From the NCBI GenBank assembly GCA_035507575.1, contig DATJNY010000023.1, positions 39-64,038 on the forward strand: a stretch of 64,000 nt of DNA, in the 5' to 3' direction. Below, one piece after another: positions 18,492 through 26,985 of this stretch. Numbering within the stretch: position 1 is the first letter of the stretch; the number at the start of each line of letters is the position of its first letter. The notes beneath the pieces were generated by a model. It was given only the letters and a program-made list of their open reading frames with translations, did not search any database and was not told the DNA's origin. The position numbers were made by a program, and so were the translations under genes. Origin of the DNA: Thermoplasmata archaeon. Its GTDB lineage: Archaea > Thermoplasmatota > Thermoplasmata > Lutacidiplasmatales > UBA184.

Positions 18492-19451
18492 GTGACCGCG
18501 GTGTGGGTGCTCTCCGTTCTCGGCGCGTTCGCCGTTGGTATGGCGGTCACCAGTGCGGTGGCGGTACGCTGGTCGGCGTTCGCGCAGGGGCCGCTCCGCA
18601 CGAGCGTGGTGGAATTCGTGCTGATGATGATGGCCGGAATGTTCGCCGGCGTGCTGGGCTACTTCGCCGTCGGAGGGACCTCGGGCGTGGTCACCGGGCT
18701 CTGGATCGCGGCGGCGATCATGTCCGCAAGCGTTCTGGTCGTATTCGTTGGGTTCCTCCAGGAGTTCCGACGGGGCACCGGTGCCGTCTCGCCCTCCCCC
18801 GACCCGACGTCCCGGATGCCGTTCGTCGCCACGGTCATCGCGCTCGTGATCGCCAACGAATTCCTGATGGGGTGGTCGTTCAGCCTTCTCGCAGGGTCGC
18901 TCGCTCCGGGGCTCGGCCCGGGGGCGTCTCAAACCTGGTCCGTACTGAGCGCCGCGGTGACCTCGCCCTGGTTTGTGTTTCCGATGGCGCTCGAGATGAT
19001 CCTCACCCTGCGCTGGCTGTGGGCGGACTTTCCGCGATTCGTCCGCCGGTTCCTCCTCCTCCAGCCGGCGATCATGGTCTGCTCGCCCCCGACCCTGGGA
19101 GGGATCGTTTGGCTCCTGGGCACGACGCTCGCCGCCGCCGTGCTGATGGCGGTCGCAGTGGCCCTCTTCCTCCTCGCGCTCTTCCGGGACGAAGCGATCC
19201 ACGAGCGGTGGACCGCGTACGTGGTCGCGTTTCTGCTGGCCCTCGGGCTGATGGCAGGGGGCTTGTACGTGTGGATCGCGTTCGGTCGGGCGGAGTTGTT
19301 CGCGCTCGCCCTCCTCGCGCAGATGGCGGTCTTCCTCTTCGCCGTCTGCAACCCCCGCTGGCTGGGCGGGTCCCCGGTCAGCGGGTCCGCATCCCCCTCC
19401 GACTCACGCCCCGTCGACGGGCGCGCGATGGACGCCGACGAGGGCCCGTGA
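18492..19451 (+). CDS. Multi-pass membrane protein, paralogous to the N-terminal half of the downstream membrane ferredoxin
   Basis: About nine hydrophobic helices; shared motifs ANEFLMxW, SPWFxFxMxxEM, QxAIMxxSP. Start uncertain (GTG 18207 or 18492). Confidence 0.75.
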   Translation: MTAVWVLSVLGAFAVGMAVTSAVAVRWSAFAQGPLRTSVVEFVLMMMAGMFAGVLGYFAVGGTSGVVTGLWIAAAIMSASVLVVFVGFLQEFRRGTGAVSPSPDPTSRMPFVATVIALVIANEFLMGWSFSLLAGSLAPGLGPGASQTWSVLSAAVTSPWFVFPMALEMILTLRWLWADFPRFVRRFLLLQPAIMVCSPPTLGGIVWLLGTTLAAAVLMAVAVALFLLALFRDEAIHERWTAYVVAFLLALGLMAGGLYVWIAFGRAELFALALLAQMAVFLFAVCNPRWLGGSPVSGSASPSDSRPVDGRAMDADEGP

Positions 19452-19541
19452 TCGGAACCCACGGCGCCCGTAGTAGGTACGTCGTGTTTAAGGCCCGGGA
19501 ATGAAATCGCCCGTCGCCGGGGGCGCGGCGACCGATTCCAC

Positions 19542-21680
19542 ATGGACGAGCGGACTCTCCTGCTGGTCGTCGTCGCCGTGGCGATGGGAATCGCGACCGG
19601 ATTGCTGATCCGGGCCGCGGTCGAGGCGCGGAGTCGCGCCCGCTCCTGGATTGCCGTCTACCTGCTCGCCATGATGGGCGAAATGTGGGTCGGCGCGGTC
19701 GTCGTCCTCGCTCAGCCCACGACGGCGGGGTTGGTCGCGGGGGTCGCGCTGAGCGGGCTCCTCATGGTGGCCACGATCGCCCCGGTCGCCGCGGGGCTCC
19801 TCCGCGGACGGGGATCCCTGCCGGCCCCGACGGCGCTCGGCGCGGAGCCGATCGCGCTGGGTTGGGGGATGGCCGTGGTCATCGCGGCGCTGGTCCTCGC
19901 CAACGAGTTCCTCATGAGCTGGGGACTGCTGCTTGCCGGCGGCGCAACGGCGCTCCCGACTGGCGCCCTCGGAATCTTCGGCTCGGTCGTCAACTCTCCG
20001 TGGTTTCTCTTCACGATGTCCGGGGAGATGTTCCTCACCGCGGGATTGCTGTGGAAGCGACTCCCGCGCCCCTTCCTCGCCGTGCTGCTGGTTCAGGCCG
20101 CGATCATGCTCTTCTCGCCGACCGCGCTCGGGGGCCCTTACTGGCCGTCCCTCGCGATCTACGCTTCGAGCGCCCTGATGATCGGGCTGTTCGTCTACCT
20201 CTTCGAGTACCTCTACCGGCATCGCCAGTTCCCGGCGGCGTACGGCTCGTACCTCGTCGAGCTCGTGTTCGTCTACGGCCTCATGATGGTCGGCCAGTTC
20301 GTCTGGGTCTACTTCGGGGATGGGACGACCTTCGCGGTCTCGATCGTCCTCGAGATGGTCGTCGTTTATCTCGCGGTTTCCCGGCCCGGCGCACTCGACA
20401 CCGGGCCGTCGCCTCCCTGGCAGCTCCGCCCGGCCTGGACGTTCGCGCTGCTCTCGGGAGTCTTCCTCGCCGAGGTCTGCATGGGGGCCGTGCTGAGCGT
20501 CCAGCTCGACCCGAGCGACTACCTCGGGGGCTTCCCGTTCCTGCCGCTCGCGGGCACGCCGGGCACGATCGCCCTCAACGCGTTGTCGAACGGATTCTGG
20601 TTCTTCGCGACCGCCGCCGCCTCGTCCTGGTTCCTCATCATGATGGGGCTCGAAATGGGCGCGCTCGTCGTCTTCAAGTTCCGAGAGAGCCGGAACCTCG
20701 AGAACCGGATCCGGCTCCTCCTGATGATGGGCTGCTACGCCGGATTCGCGGTGTTCTACCCCAGCATCTACTTCGCGCTGGTGTTCCCGTCCGCGCCGGA
20801 TCCCAGCCAAGTCCCCGTGCTCGGATGGCCGATGGGGATCGGCTCCTACCCGCTCGCGACGAGCGTCTTCGCGGTCGTTCTCGTGACGTACGTGGTGCTC
20901 GGCGCCCTGTCGGCGCTGTTCGGACGCCGCGTCGTCTGCTCCGTGTTCTGTACGGCGCCCCTGATGTACCAGGGAACGGCGATCGACTCGATGAAGTCGT
21001 TCAACCGATCGAGCCCGATCGCCCGAAAGTACCTCTCGAGTCGGTTCTCTGGCGCGTACTCGGCGACGCTCGGCCTCGTGATGGCGGCGCTCGTGGGCAC
21101 CTCGGTGCTCTCCTACCTCGACGCGATCGGCGCCGCGAGCGTCTACATCCAGGGGAACGATCCGTCTGTGTTCTTCTTCGTGGCGTCGTTCTCCGTGGCC
21201 TGGTACGTCCTGTTCGTCGCGATCCCGTACGCGGGCAACTACAACTGCGTCACGATGGGATGGTGCTACACGGGCACGATCTCCCAGGCGTTCCAGAAGA
21301 TCGGCTTCTTCAAGCTCAAGGTCCGCGACAAGCAGGTCTGCCGGGACTGCACGACGCTCGACTGCGCGAAGGGTTGCCCGGTCGGCCTCGTCGATATGCC
21401 CGGCCACTTCCGCACGAAGGGAGAGTTCCGGTCCACCAAGTGCTGCGGAGTGGGCGACTGTGTCGAGGAATGCCCGTACGACAATCTCTACATCTCGGAC
21501 GTTCGGCACTCGATCCGCCGCTGGCTCGGTCGACCCGAGACGCGCGCGCGACGCACGGGGCAGGCGGCCCATGGCCCCGCACGCCCCACGGCCGCCGTGG
21601 CGGCGGCGCCGTTCACGTTGGAACCGGACTCGATCCCTCTGCCGATGTGGAAGGCTCCGACTGGTGTCTATCACCGGTGA
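19542..21680 (+). CDS. Polytopic membrane protein with C-terminal NapH/MauN-type 4Fe-4S binding module
   Basis: Many TM helices; CSVFC and CVTMGWC membrane-side motifs; CRDCTTLDCAKGCP and CCGVGDCVEECP ferredoxin motifs. Confidence 0.85.
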   Translation: MDERTLLLVVVAVAMGIATGLLIRAAVEARSRARSWIAVYLLAMMGEMWVGAVVVLAQPTTAGLVAGVALSGLLMVATIAPVAAGLLRGRGSLPAPTALGAEPIALGWGMAVVIAALVLANEFLMSWGLLLAGGATALPTGALGIFGSVVNSPWFLFTMSGEMFLTAGLLWKRLPRPFLAVLLVQAAIMLFSPTALGGPYWPSLAIYASSALMIGLFVYLFEYLYRHRQFPAAYGSYLVELVFVYGLMMVGQFVWVYFGDGTTFAVSIVLEMVVVYLAVSRPGALDTGPSPPWQLRPAWTFALLSGVFLAEVCMGAVLSVQLDPSDYLGGFPFLPLAGTPGTIALNALSNGFWFFATAAASSWFLIMMGLEMGALVVFKFRESRNLENRIRLLLMMGCYAGFAVFYPSIYFALVFPSAPDPSQVPVLGWPMGIGSYPLATSVFAVVLVTYVVLGALSALFGRRVVCSVFCTAPLMYQGTAIDSMKSFNRSSPIARKYLSSRFSGAYSATLGLVMAALVGTSVLSYLDAIGAASVYIQGNDPSVFFFVASFSVAWYVLFVAIPYAGNYNCVTMGWCYTGTISQAFQKIGFFKLKVRDKQVCRDCTTLDCAKGCPVGLVDMPGHFRTKGEFRSTKCCGVGDCVEECPYDNLYISDVRHSIRRWLGRPETRARRTGQAAHGPARPTAAVAAAPFTLEPDSIPLPMWKAPTGVYHR

Positions 21681-21894
21681 GGACCACCAGCGCCTACACC
21701 GCTCCTCTCCCGGGACGCGAGCCCGTCGGGGCTCGGCGAGTCCCCCTCGCTCGAATCGAGTGGTCGGGCACGTGCCCCGCGCCGTCCGCCGATAGTACGC
21801 CGTGCCGGCGGAGGCTCGGTCGCCCCGGAGAGTCGTGGTCTCGTCGGAAGGATGATGTGGGCGCTCCGACTCTCGATCAAGACTAGGTCGACGC

Positions 21895-22224
21895 ATGCAC
21901 GGCGAAGGGCCGGAGTCACCCGACGGGCCGCCATCGACGCCGGCCCTGGTCAAGCGTGCGGTTGAATTTCCCGCCCGGTGTCGGTGCGGAACACGACTCC
22001 GACCGCCAGAAGTCGCGTTGTCGCTGGAAGGATTGGGCGGTGACTTGGCGATGATGTTCCGAGAAACGGTGTTCTGCGGTGCACCGTGCGCGCGCGCGGA
22101 GTTCCTGGAGATGTTCGAGACTTTGGATGGGATGCTCGACTCTCCGGCGGAGCCGATGATCGTCGATCTCCGGGCCCTGTACGCGCGTCTCGCCCGCGCG
22201 TTCGCCGACCTCGCGCATGAGTGA
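21895..22224 (+). CDS. Small hypothetical protein with Cys motifs (TRASH-like)
   Basis: CRCG...FCGAPC followed by an amphipathic helical C-terminus. Confidence 0.6.
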   Translation: MHGEGPESPDGPPSTPALVKRAVEFPARCRCGTRLRPPEVALSLEGLGGDLAMMFRETVFCGAPCARAEFLEMFETLDGMLDSPAEPMIVDLRALYARLARAFADLAHE

Positions 22225-22443
22225 GTCGATCGACCCGCCACCGCAGGCGGGTCTTCCCGACCGCGCATCGTAACCTCGGGCGTCCGCGGTGGAGCCTCTA
22301 TCGGGCTGGCGAGCGAGTTCGGGAAGCGCCCCACGGAGCCGGAGTACCGCATCTCGGATGAGCGGGGGCCCACGCGGTCCGTCTCTTCGAGGCGCCGGGA
22401 CAGCGCGCACAATTAAGCGCTCGGAGCGGGTCGGGGCAGTGGA

Positions 22444-24000
22444 ATGGGTGGCCGTGCGGATCCAACCGGCACCTCGGCGTCCGGGCCAGTCGAGTTTGAC
22501 CTGGTCGCCTATCTGGCGGGCTTTCTGGGCACAAGCGAGCCGGCGTTCGTCCTGATCAGCGGGGCCGTGGGAACCGGTAAGAGCACCCTGCTCCGGAGCC
22601 TCGTTCCGCGGGTGCCGGGTCCTAAGCTGTTCCTTGCCTTTCAAGCTCCGGTCGTGTCGAGCTCGGCGCCCACCGGCGCATCCGACGCGACCCCTACGGT
22701 CACGCTGCTCCTTGCCGACCCTCAGCGGGCCGAGGACGAGATCGCCGGCGCCCCGCACGACGCGGCGACCCTCCTCGCGTTCGGGCCCGAGGAGAGCGGC
22801 GAGGGGCCCTCGATGCCTCCGCTCCTCGCGGCGGCGCTCGCTCGGATGATCTCGGGCGGACTGGGAACCCTCTTTTCCGACTCCTGGGACCGCGGGAGCG
22901 AAGCGTTCTTTCGGAGTCAGGCGAACGGCGCTGCCAATCTCACGACGTTCACCGTGCCCCTGCGCAACTTGGTCGCTCTGCAACCGACGATTCTGTCGAC
23001 TCGCGCACGCCTCGCCGTGTGCGTCGCGCCGGCTGACGCGGCGGGCCTCCTATCGATCGCGGATGCAGCCGTCGAGCTGAGTCGGGAAGAGGTGCTCGGG
23101 AAGTCGGTGCGGGTCGTCCGGCTCGAGAAGGTGCGAGGCTTCCCGCCGCCGACCCGCCAGTACCTGTACTCCTTAGCCGGCGGAAAGTTCGTGGTGTACC
23201 CTCCGCTCCCGGCCGGTTTTCGCCCGCCGCATTCGGATGCGGAGCGAGACCCCGAGCCCGCGGCGCGTTCCACATGGCCCGGATCGACGGACTTCGCTCG
23301 AGCTTTCGGCCGCCTACGGCACGGGGGGCTCACTCTTCTCACGTCCTCGGCCGACTGTCCGGACACGGTGCCCCACGCCCTGGTCGCGCCCGGGGTAATC
23401 TCGGCGCTACGGACCGGAGGGCGCGTCGTCTGGATCCCCGCTCCTTCGGTCCGTCCGGGACGGATCGTACGGCTGCTGGGCCAATTCCTGCCGGCGGAGG
23501 TGCTGCGGGAACGTCTCCGCGTGCTCTCCTCGAGCGGCGACGACCCTTCGCTCGGTGAGCTGCGCCCGGTCGTGCTGCCGCTCATACGGGAGATCAGTGC
23601 GGGTAACGACCTGAGGGCCGCCAGTTCTCCGGGTGTCGGGCCGTACTTCAGGGAAGTCTATCACTTCCTCCGCGACGGGCCCGAGTCCGGACCGGTCGTT
23701 CACGTGGTGTCGGTCGAAGGGCTGCGTTCTGCGACCGCGACCGCCGGCTTTGTTCCGGACCCCACGACCGTCCCTTCCGTGGTCGCGCTCTACACGCGGC
23801 TGCCCCGCTACCACCTCTGGGCGTACGGCGCAGCGTCGGACGCGACGATTCCTCATTTGCGTCCCGCGGCCGACTCCGTCGTTCACCTCGAAATGGTCCA
23901 CGGCCGGCCGGTACTGATCGGCGTTCGGCCGGAGACCCAACCGTTCCTGCTCGCCTGGAATGCGGGGACGGGCCCGTACTCGCTCGTGCCGGTCGAGTAA
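22444..24000 (+). CDS. GvpD-like/RAD55 two-domain P-loop ATPase
   Basis: Walker A SGAVGTGKST; RVVRLEKVRG motif; a second degenerate RecA-like domain without Walker A (RLRHGGLTLL...GGRVVWIP). Confidence 0.75.
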   Translation: MGGRADPTGTSASGPVEFDLVAYLAGFLGTSEPAFVLISGAVGTGKSTLLRSLVPRVPGPKLFLAFQAPVVSSSAPTGASDATPTVTLLLADPQRAEDEIAGAPHDAATLLAFGPEESGEGPSMPPLLAAALARMISGGLGTLFSDSWDRGSEAFFRSQANGAANLTTFTVPLRNLVALQPTILSTRARLAVCVAPADAAGLLSIADAAVELSREEVLGKSVRVVRLEKVRGFPPPTRQYLYSLAGGKFVVYPPLPAGFRPPHSDAERDPEPAARSTWPGSTDFARAFGRLRHGGLTLLTSSADCPDTVPHALVAPGVISALRTGGRVVWIPAPSVRPGRIVRLLGQFLPAEVLRERLRVLSSSGDDPSLGELRPVVLPLIREISAGNDLRAASSPGVGPYFREVYHFLRDGPESGPVVHVVSVEGLRSATATAGFVPDPTTVPSVVALYTRLPRYHLWAYGAASDATIPHLRPAADSVVHLEMVHGRPVLIGVRPETQPFLLAWNAGTGPYSLVPVE

Positions 24001-24433
24001 GGGGACCCGCGGCCACTCTGCGTGACGGCTCCGCATCGAGGATCTCGCTGGCCCACACCCAACCCGACTTCCAGTCGTGATTTCTCCAGGGCGGCGCCGT
24101 GTGGAGTGACGGGCGCTCCTCACCTTCGGGTGGGTCGGCCCGGATTCGGCTCGGAATTCTCTCTGGGGGGGAGCGCCGCTCGGTCCAGCCCGCGAGAAGT
24201 CGTCGCGCGGCACCGACGGCCGTCGCGCTTTCTAGACCGCATCGCGACCGTCCGTTCGGCGACCGCCTCGCGCGAGTACAGATGCCCGGGCGAGGGATCC
24301 GGACTCTCCGGGCGATTCGAAGAGCGGGGTTGACGGCTCCGAGGGGCGAGCGAGTTCGAGCCCGTTTGGCTAGACGCGGGGCGCCCCCTCGTCCAACTGC
24401 ACATAGGCACAAGGTCTCCGGGCCGTCAACCGA

Positions 24434-25930
24434 GTGGCTGACTCTGGAAACTGGCCGCGGAGAATCGTTGCGGTGTTGACGAACGGGTTATGGCGCCCCT
24501 CGGTCATCGGCCGAACAGGAGGCTACTCCCTGTCGGAGCGTCCGCGATCCCCTTGCCGAGTGGGAACTTGGTCCGCGGTCGCCGTGCTTGCGCTAGCGAT
24601 GCTACTGGCGGGAGGGGGCGGACTCGTGCCGATCGGTGCTCGGTCCGGAACGATCGGCGCCACGGTACGGTCTCCGGATCAGGATTCTGGGCTCCCGACC
24701 TCGGTCGCCCCTGAGGCTTCCCCGATCCCCGCGCAGACCACGACCACGTCGCAGTGCGGCTTCTACGGGGCGCCATACGGACCGGCGGACGTCGTGTACG
24801 ACGATCACACGGGGCAAATTTTCGTCTCCGACTCGGAAACAAATGAGATCTACGTGATCTCAGAGACGACCAAGGCGGTGGTCCGCGTGATCTCGTTCGG
24901 GTCCGCGTGCGTAAACCCGTTCGGTCTCGCCTACGACCCGAATCTAGGGGTAGTGTTCGCAGCGGAGACCGGCGGGCGTGCCATCGCGGCGATCTCGGAC
25001 GAAAGCGACTCGGTGGTCTCGACCTTTCCCGTGGCCGGCAACCCGTGGAACATGGCCTACGATAGCGGGCGAAATGAATTGTTCGTCACGGAGCTCGACC
25101 AGGGCGACATCAGTGTCCTTTCCCTCCCCTCCGGCGCGACCCTCGATACCATCTCCGAGGGATGGACCGAACAACCCCTCGGGGTCGCCTATGTGCCGGC
25201 GCAGGGCGAGGTGTTCGTCACGAACTCGCTCGGGAACTTTTCCGACACGGTGAGCGTGATCTCGGATACGTCCGATTTGCCCGTCGCCTCCATTCCGGTT
25301 GGCTGTGGCGCGAGCCCCGGTACCTTCGGGCAGATCCCGTTCGGAGTCGTGAGCGATCCCGCCACGGGGGAGGTGTATGCTTCCTGCGAAACGGGGAACG
25401 GATTGGCGGCGATCTCCGCGGCCAACCACATCCAGGTGGGCACGGTCCCGATGAACAGCTCTGCCACCGCCCTAGCGCTCAACGAGGCCACTGGCGAAAT
25501 TTGGGCAGCGAGTCCCTTCACGGGTCAAGTCTTCGCCGTCTCAGTTCTCACCAACTCGGTGGTCGCCCAGGGCCCAACGGGCGGTTTCCCCTTCGAAGGC
25601 ATCGCGGTGGACAATCGAACCGGCGAGGTGTATGTGTCGAATTGGAAGTCGGAGAACGTCACCGTGTTCGGTCCGAACGCCTCCCCGATCGCGAGCATCG
25701 AGTTGCCTCCCCCCGCGTCCGCATCCTTCTGGTCGCTCCCGACGGCCGGTTGGGTGCTACTGGTCGTAGCTCTGGGAGGTTCGGGCCTGTTTGCGGCCGC
25801 CGTGTGGATGCGGTCGCGCGGGCCGCCACAGCACCTAGACAGTACCGCAGGCGACGACCCGCGCAGCCGTTCACCGCGGGGAGACGGCGACGGATCCGCC
25901 GATCAAGGATTTCCGCCAAAGCTCGGGTAG
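24434..25930 (+). CDS. YncE/YVTN-type beta-propeller surface protein
   Basis: Repeats P.G.AYD......FV......V.VI; signal peptide; C-terminal TM. True start is probably downstream of 24434. Confidence 0.85.
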   Translation: MADSGNWPRRIVAVLTNGLWRPSVIGRTGGYSLSERPRSPCRVGTWSAVAVLALAMLLAGGGGLVPIGARSGTIGATVRSPDQDSGLPTSVAPEASPIPAQTTTTSQCGFYGAPYGPADVVYDDHTGQIFVSDSETNEIYVISETTKAVVRVISFGSACVNPFGLAYDPNLGVVFAAETGGRAIAAISDESDSVVSTFPVAGNPWNMAYDSGRNELFVTELDQGDISVLSLPSGATLDTISEGWTEQPLGVAYVPAQGEVFVTNSLGNFSDTVSVISDTSDLPVASIPVGCGASPGTFGQIPFGVVSDPATGEVYASCETGNGLAAISAANHIQVGTVPMNSSATALALNEATGEIWAASPFTGQVFAVSVLTNSVVAQGPTGGFPFEGIAVDNRTGEVYVSNWKSENVTVFGPNASPIASIELPPPASASFWSLPTAGWVLLVVALGGSGLFAAAVWMRSRGPPQHLDSTAGDDPRSRSPRGDGDGSADQGFPPKLG

Positions 25931-26122
25931 GTACCCGGACGTCGGCCGGGGCCCCACGTTCCCCGATCGAGCCCGTCGGTGATTCCGCTGGCTCCGAGCG
26001 TACCTATCCCGTCTCCGACGCGGCGAGTGGGGGTTTTCTCAGATGGTCGGCGCGGGGGCCCTTCGTCTCGCACGGGGCGCAAAGGACCAAGGCGACCCTC
26101 GCTCGTCCGATCCGCGCGGATC

Positions 26123-26278
26123 TTAGGCCGGCAGCTTCATGGAGCGCAGCAACGCCTTGAATCGAGGCTCCTCGCGGATCGGATCGAAGACCGCACGGCG
26201 AAAATCGGTCCACAAGCTTTGATCGCCGCGTTCTGCGTCTTCCTCGAGGAGGGAGAGGGCACGCGGCACTGCCCCCGC
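26123..26278 (-). pseudogene. C-terminal remnant of an adenylate cyclase/TPR-type protein
   Basis: RALSLLEEDAERGDQSLW...FDPIREEPRFKALLRSMKLP* matches the characteristic C-terminal tail (FDP.R.DPRF..LL..M.L) of cyclase/kinase-TPR proteins. No upstream body is present because the RHH gene and promoter occupy that space. Confidence 0.65.
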
Positions 26279-26280
26279 CT

Positions 26281-26330
26281 GTTTAACAAAATGGACACAA
26301 TGTTGAAATAGGTGTTTTATTCTGTTAAAC
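26281..26330. repeat. AT-rich 12-bp imperfect inverted repeat (possible operator)
   Basis: gtttaacaaaat (26281-26292) versus attctgttaaac (26319-26330): 11 of 12 positions complementary. Confidence 0.6.
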
Positions 26331-26332
26331 GC

Positions 26333-26731
26333 GTGCGATCTGCTCGTGCCGACCCTCCGGCGAGTCGATTCCTCGGCGTGCGCCTCACGCTCGAGGAAGA
26401 GTCGCTGCTCGAACAGTTTCGCCTCGCGAACGAGTTGCCGAACCGCTCCGAGGCGGTCCGGGCACTGGTGCGGGCGGCCTCCGAAGCTCGCCCCGCGGAC
26501 GTCAGCGTGCCCGCGACGCTGCGGAACGAACTCGAGGAGCTCGTCGAGGACGGCTACGCCCGGGATCTGGACAGCGCGGTGACGCTCGTCCTGACGCTCG
26601 GGTTGGGAGAGGTCGGACGGATCCACGCGGAACGGCTGGCGGCGCTGCGAGACCACGCGCGTTCGTCGGCCGGCCGCCGTGAGAACCGGCGACGGGCGGA
26701 CCGCGAGGGACGGGGACTCCTCGGGCGATAG
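26333..26731 (+). CDS. CopG/ribbon-helix-helix family regulator
   Basis: FLGVRLTLEEESLLEQF...NRSEAVRALVR followed by a second RHH-like unit (VSVPATLRNELEELVEDGYARDLDSAV). Start GTG 26312 or 26333. Confidence 0.8.
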   Translation: MRSARADPPASRFLGVRLTLEEESLLEQFRLANELPNRSEAVRALVRAASEARPADVSVPATLRNELEELVEDGYARDLDSAVTLVLTLGLGEVGRIHAERLAALRDHARSSAGRRENRRRADREGRGLLGR

Positions 26732-26757
26732 GTCCTCACAACGGGGAAGGTTGCAAC

Positions 26758-26985
26758 ATGGAAACAATTGGGAAAGCGTGGAGCGCGCGGAGCGGATTCA
26801 TCTGCCGACTATGCCGGCAGGACGCCAAGCATAATGAAGTGCTGCACATTTCCTACTGTCCCGTTCACGGTCTCAGCTCGCCTCTTGATGCGCTGCCGTG
26901 GCGGCCGGAGATGAGAGTATCCCGCGCCTCTATACCCGGACCGGCGACCGAGGTACCACGGGTCTCGCCGGCGGTGCGCGCGTAG
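26758..26985 (+). CDS. Possible small zinc-binding protein
   Basis: CRLC...CPVH motif; the 3' end overlaps the pduO start, so it is uncertain. Confidence 0.4.
   Translation: METIGKAWSARSGFICRLCRQDAKHNEVLHISYCPVHGLSSPLDALPWRPEMRVSRASIPGPATEVPRVSPAVRA

Noticed and set aside
17165-18601. N-terminal extension of the 1927-aa ORF
   Set aside because: It overlaps the Lrp-type regulator on the opposite strand, and the signal peptide appears only after M at 17164.
21677-21886. 69-codon ORF overlapping the ferredoxin stop (GTGA)
   Set aside because: Arg/Pro-rich tail of a shadow frame with no motif; coupling alone is not enough evidence.
19488-22412. 974-aa minus-strand ORF
   Set aside because: Antisense to the membrane ferredoxin; no recognisable domain.
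22444-24000. Gas vesicle cluster
   Set aside because: Only a GvpD-like ATPase is present; no gvpA/C/N/F/L-like genes.
24022-24410. Short ORFs on both strands in the intergenic gap
   Set aside because: Low-complexity Arg/Ser/Pro composition with no motifs; no tRNA or other ncRNA signature was recognised by eye.
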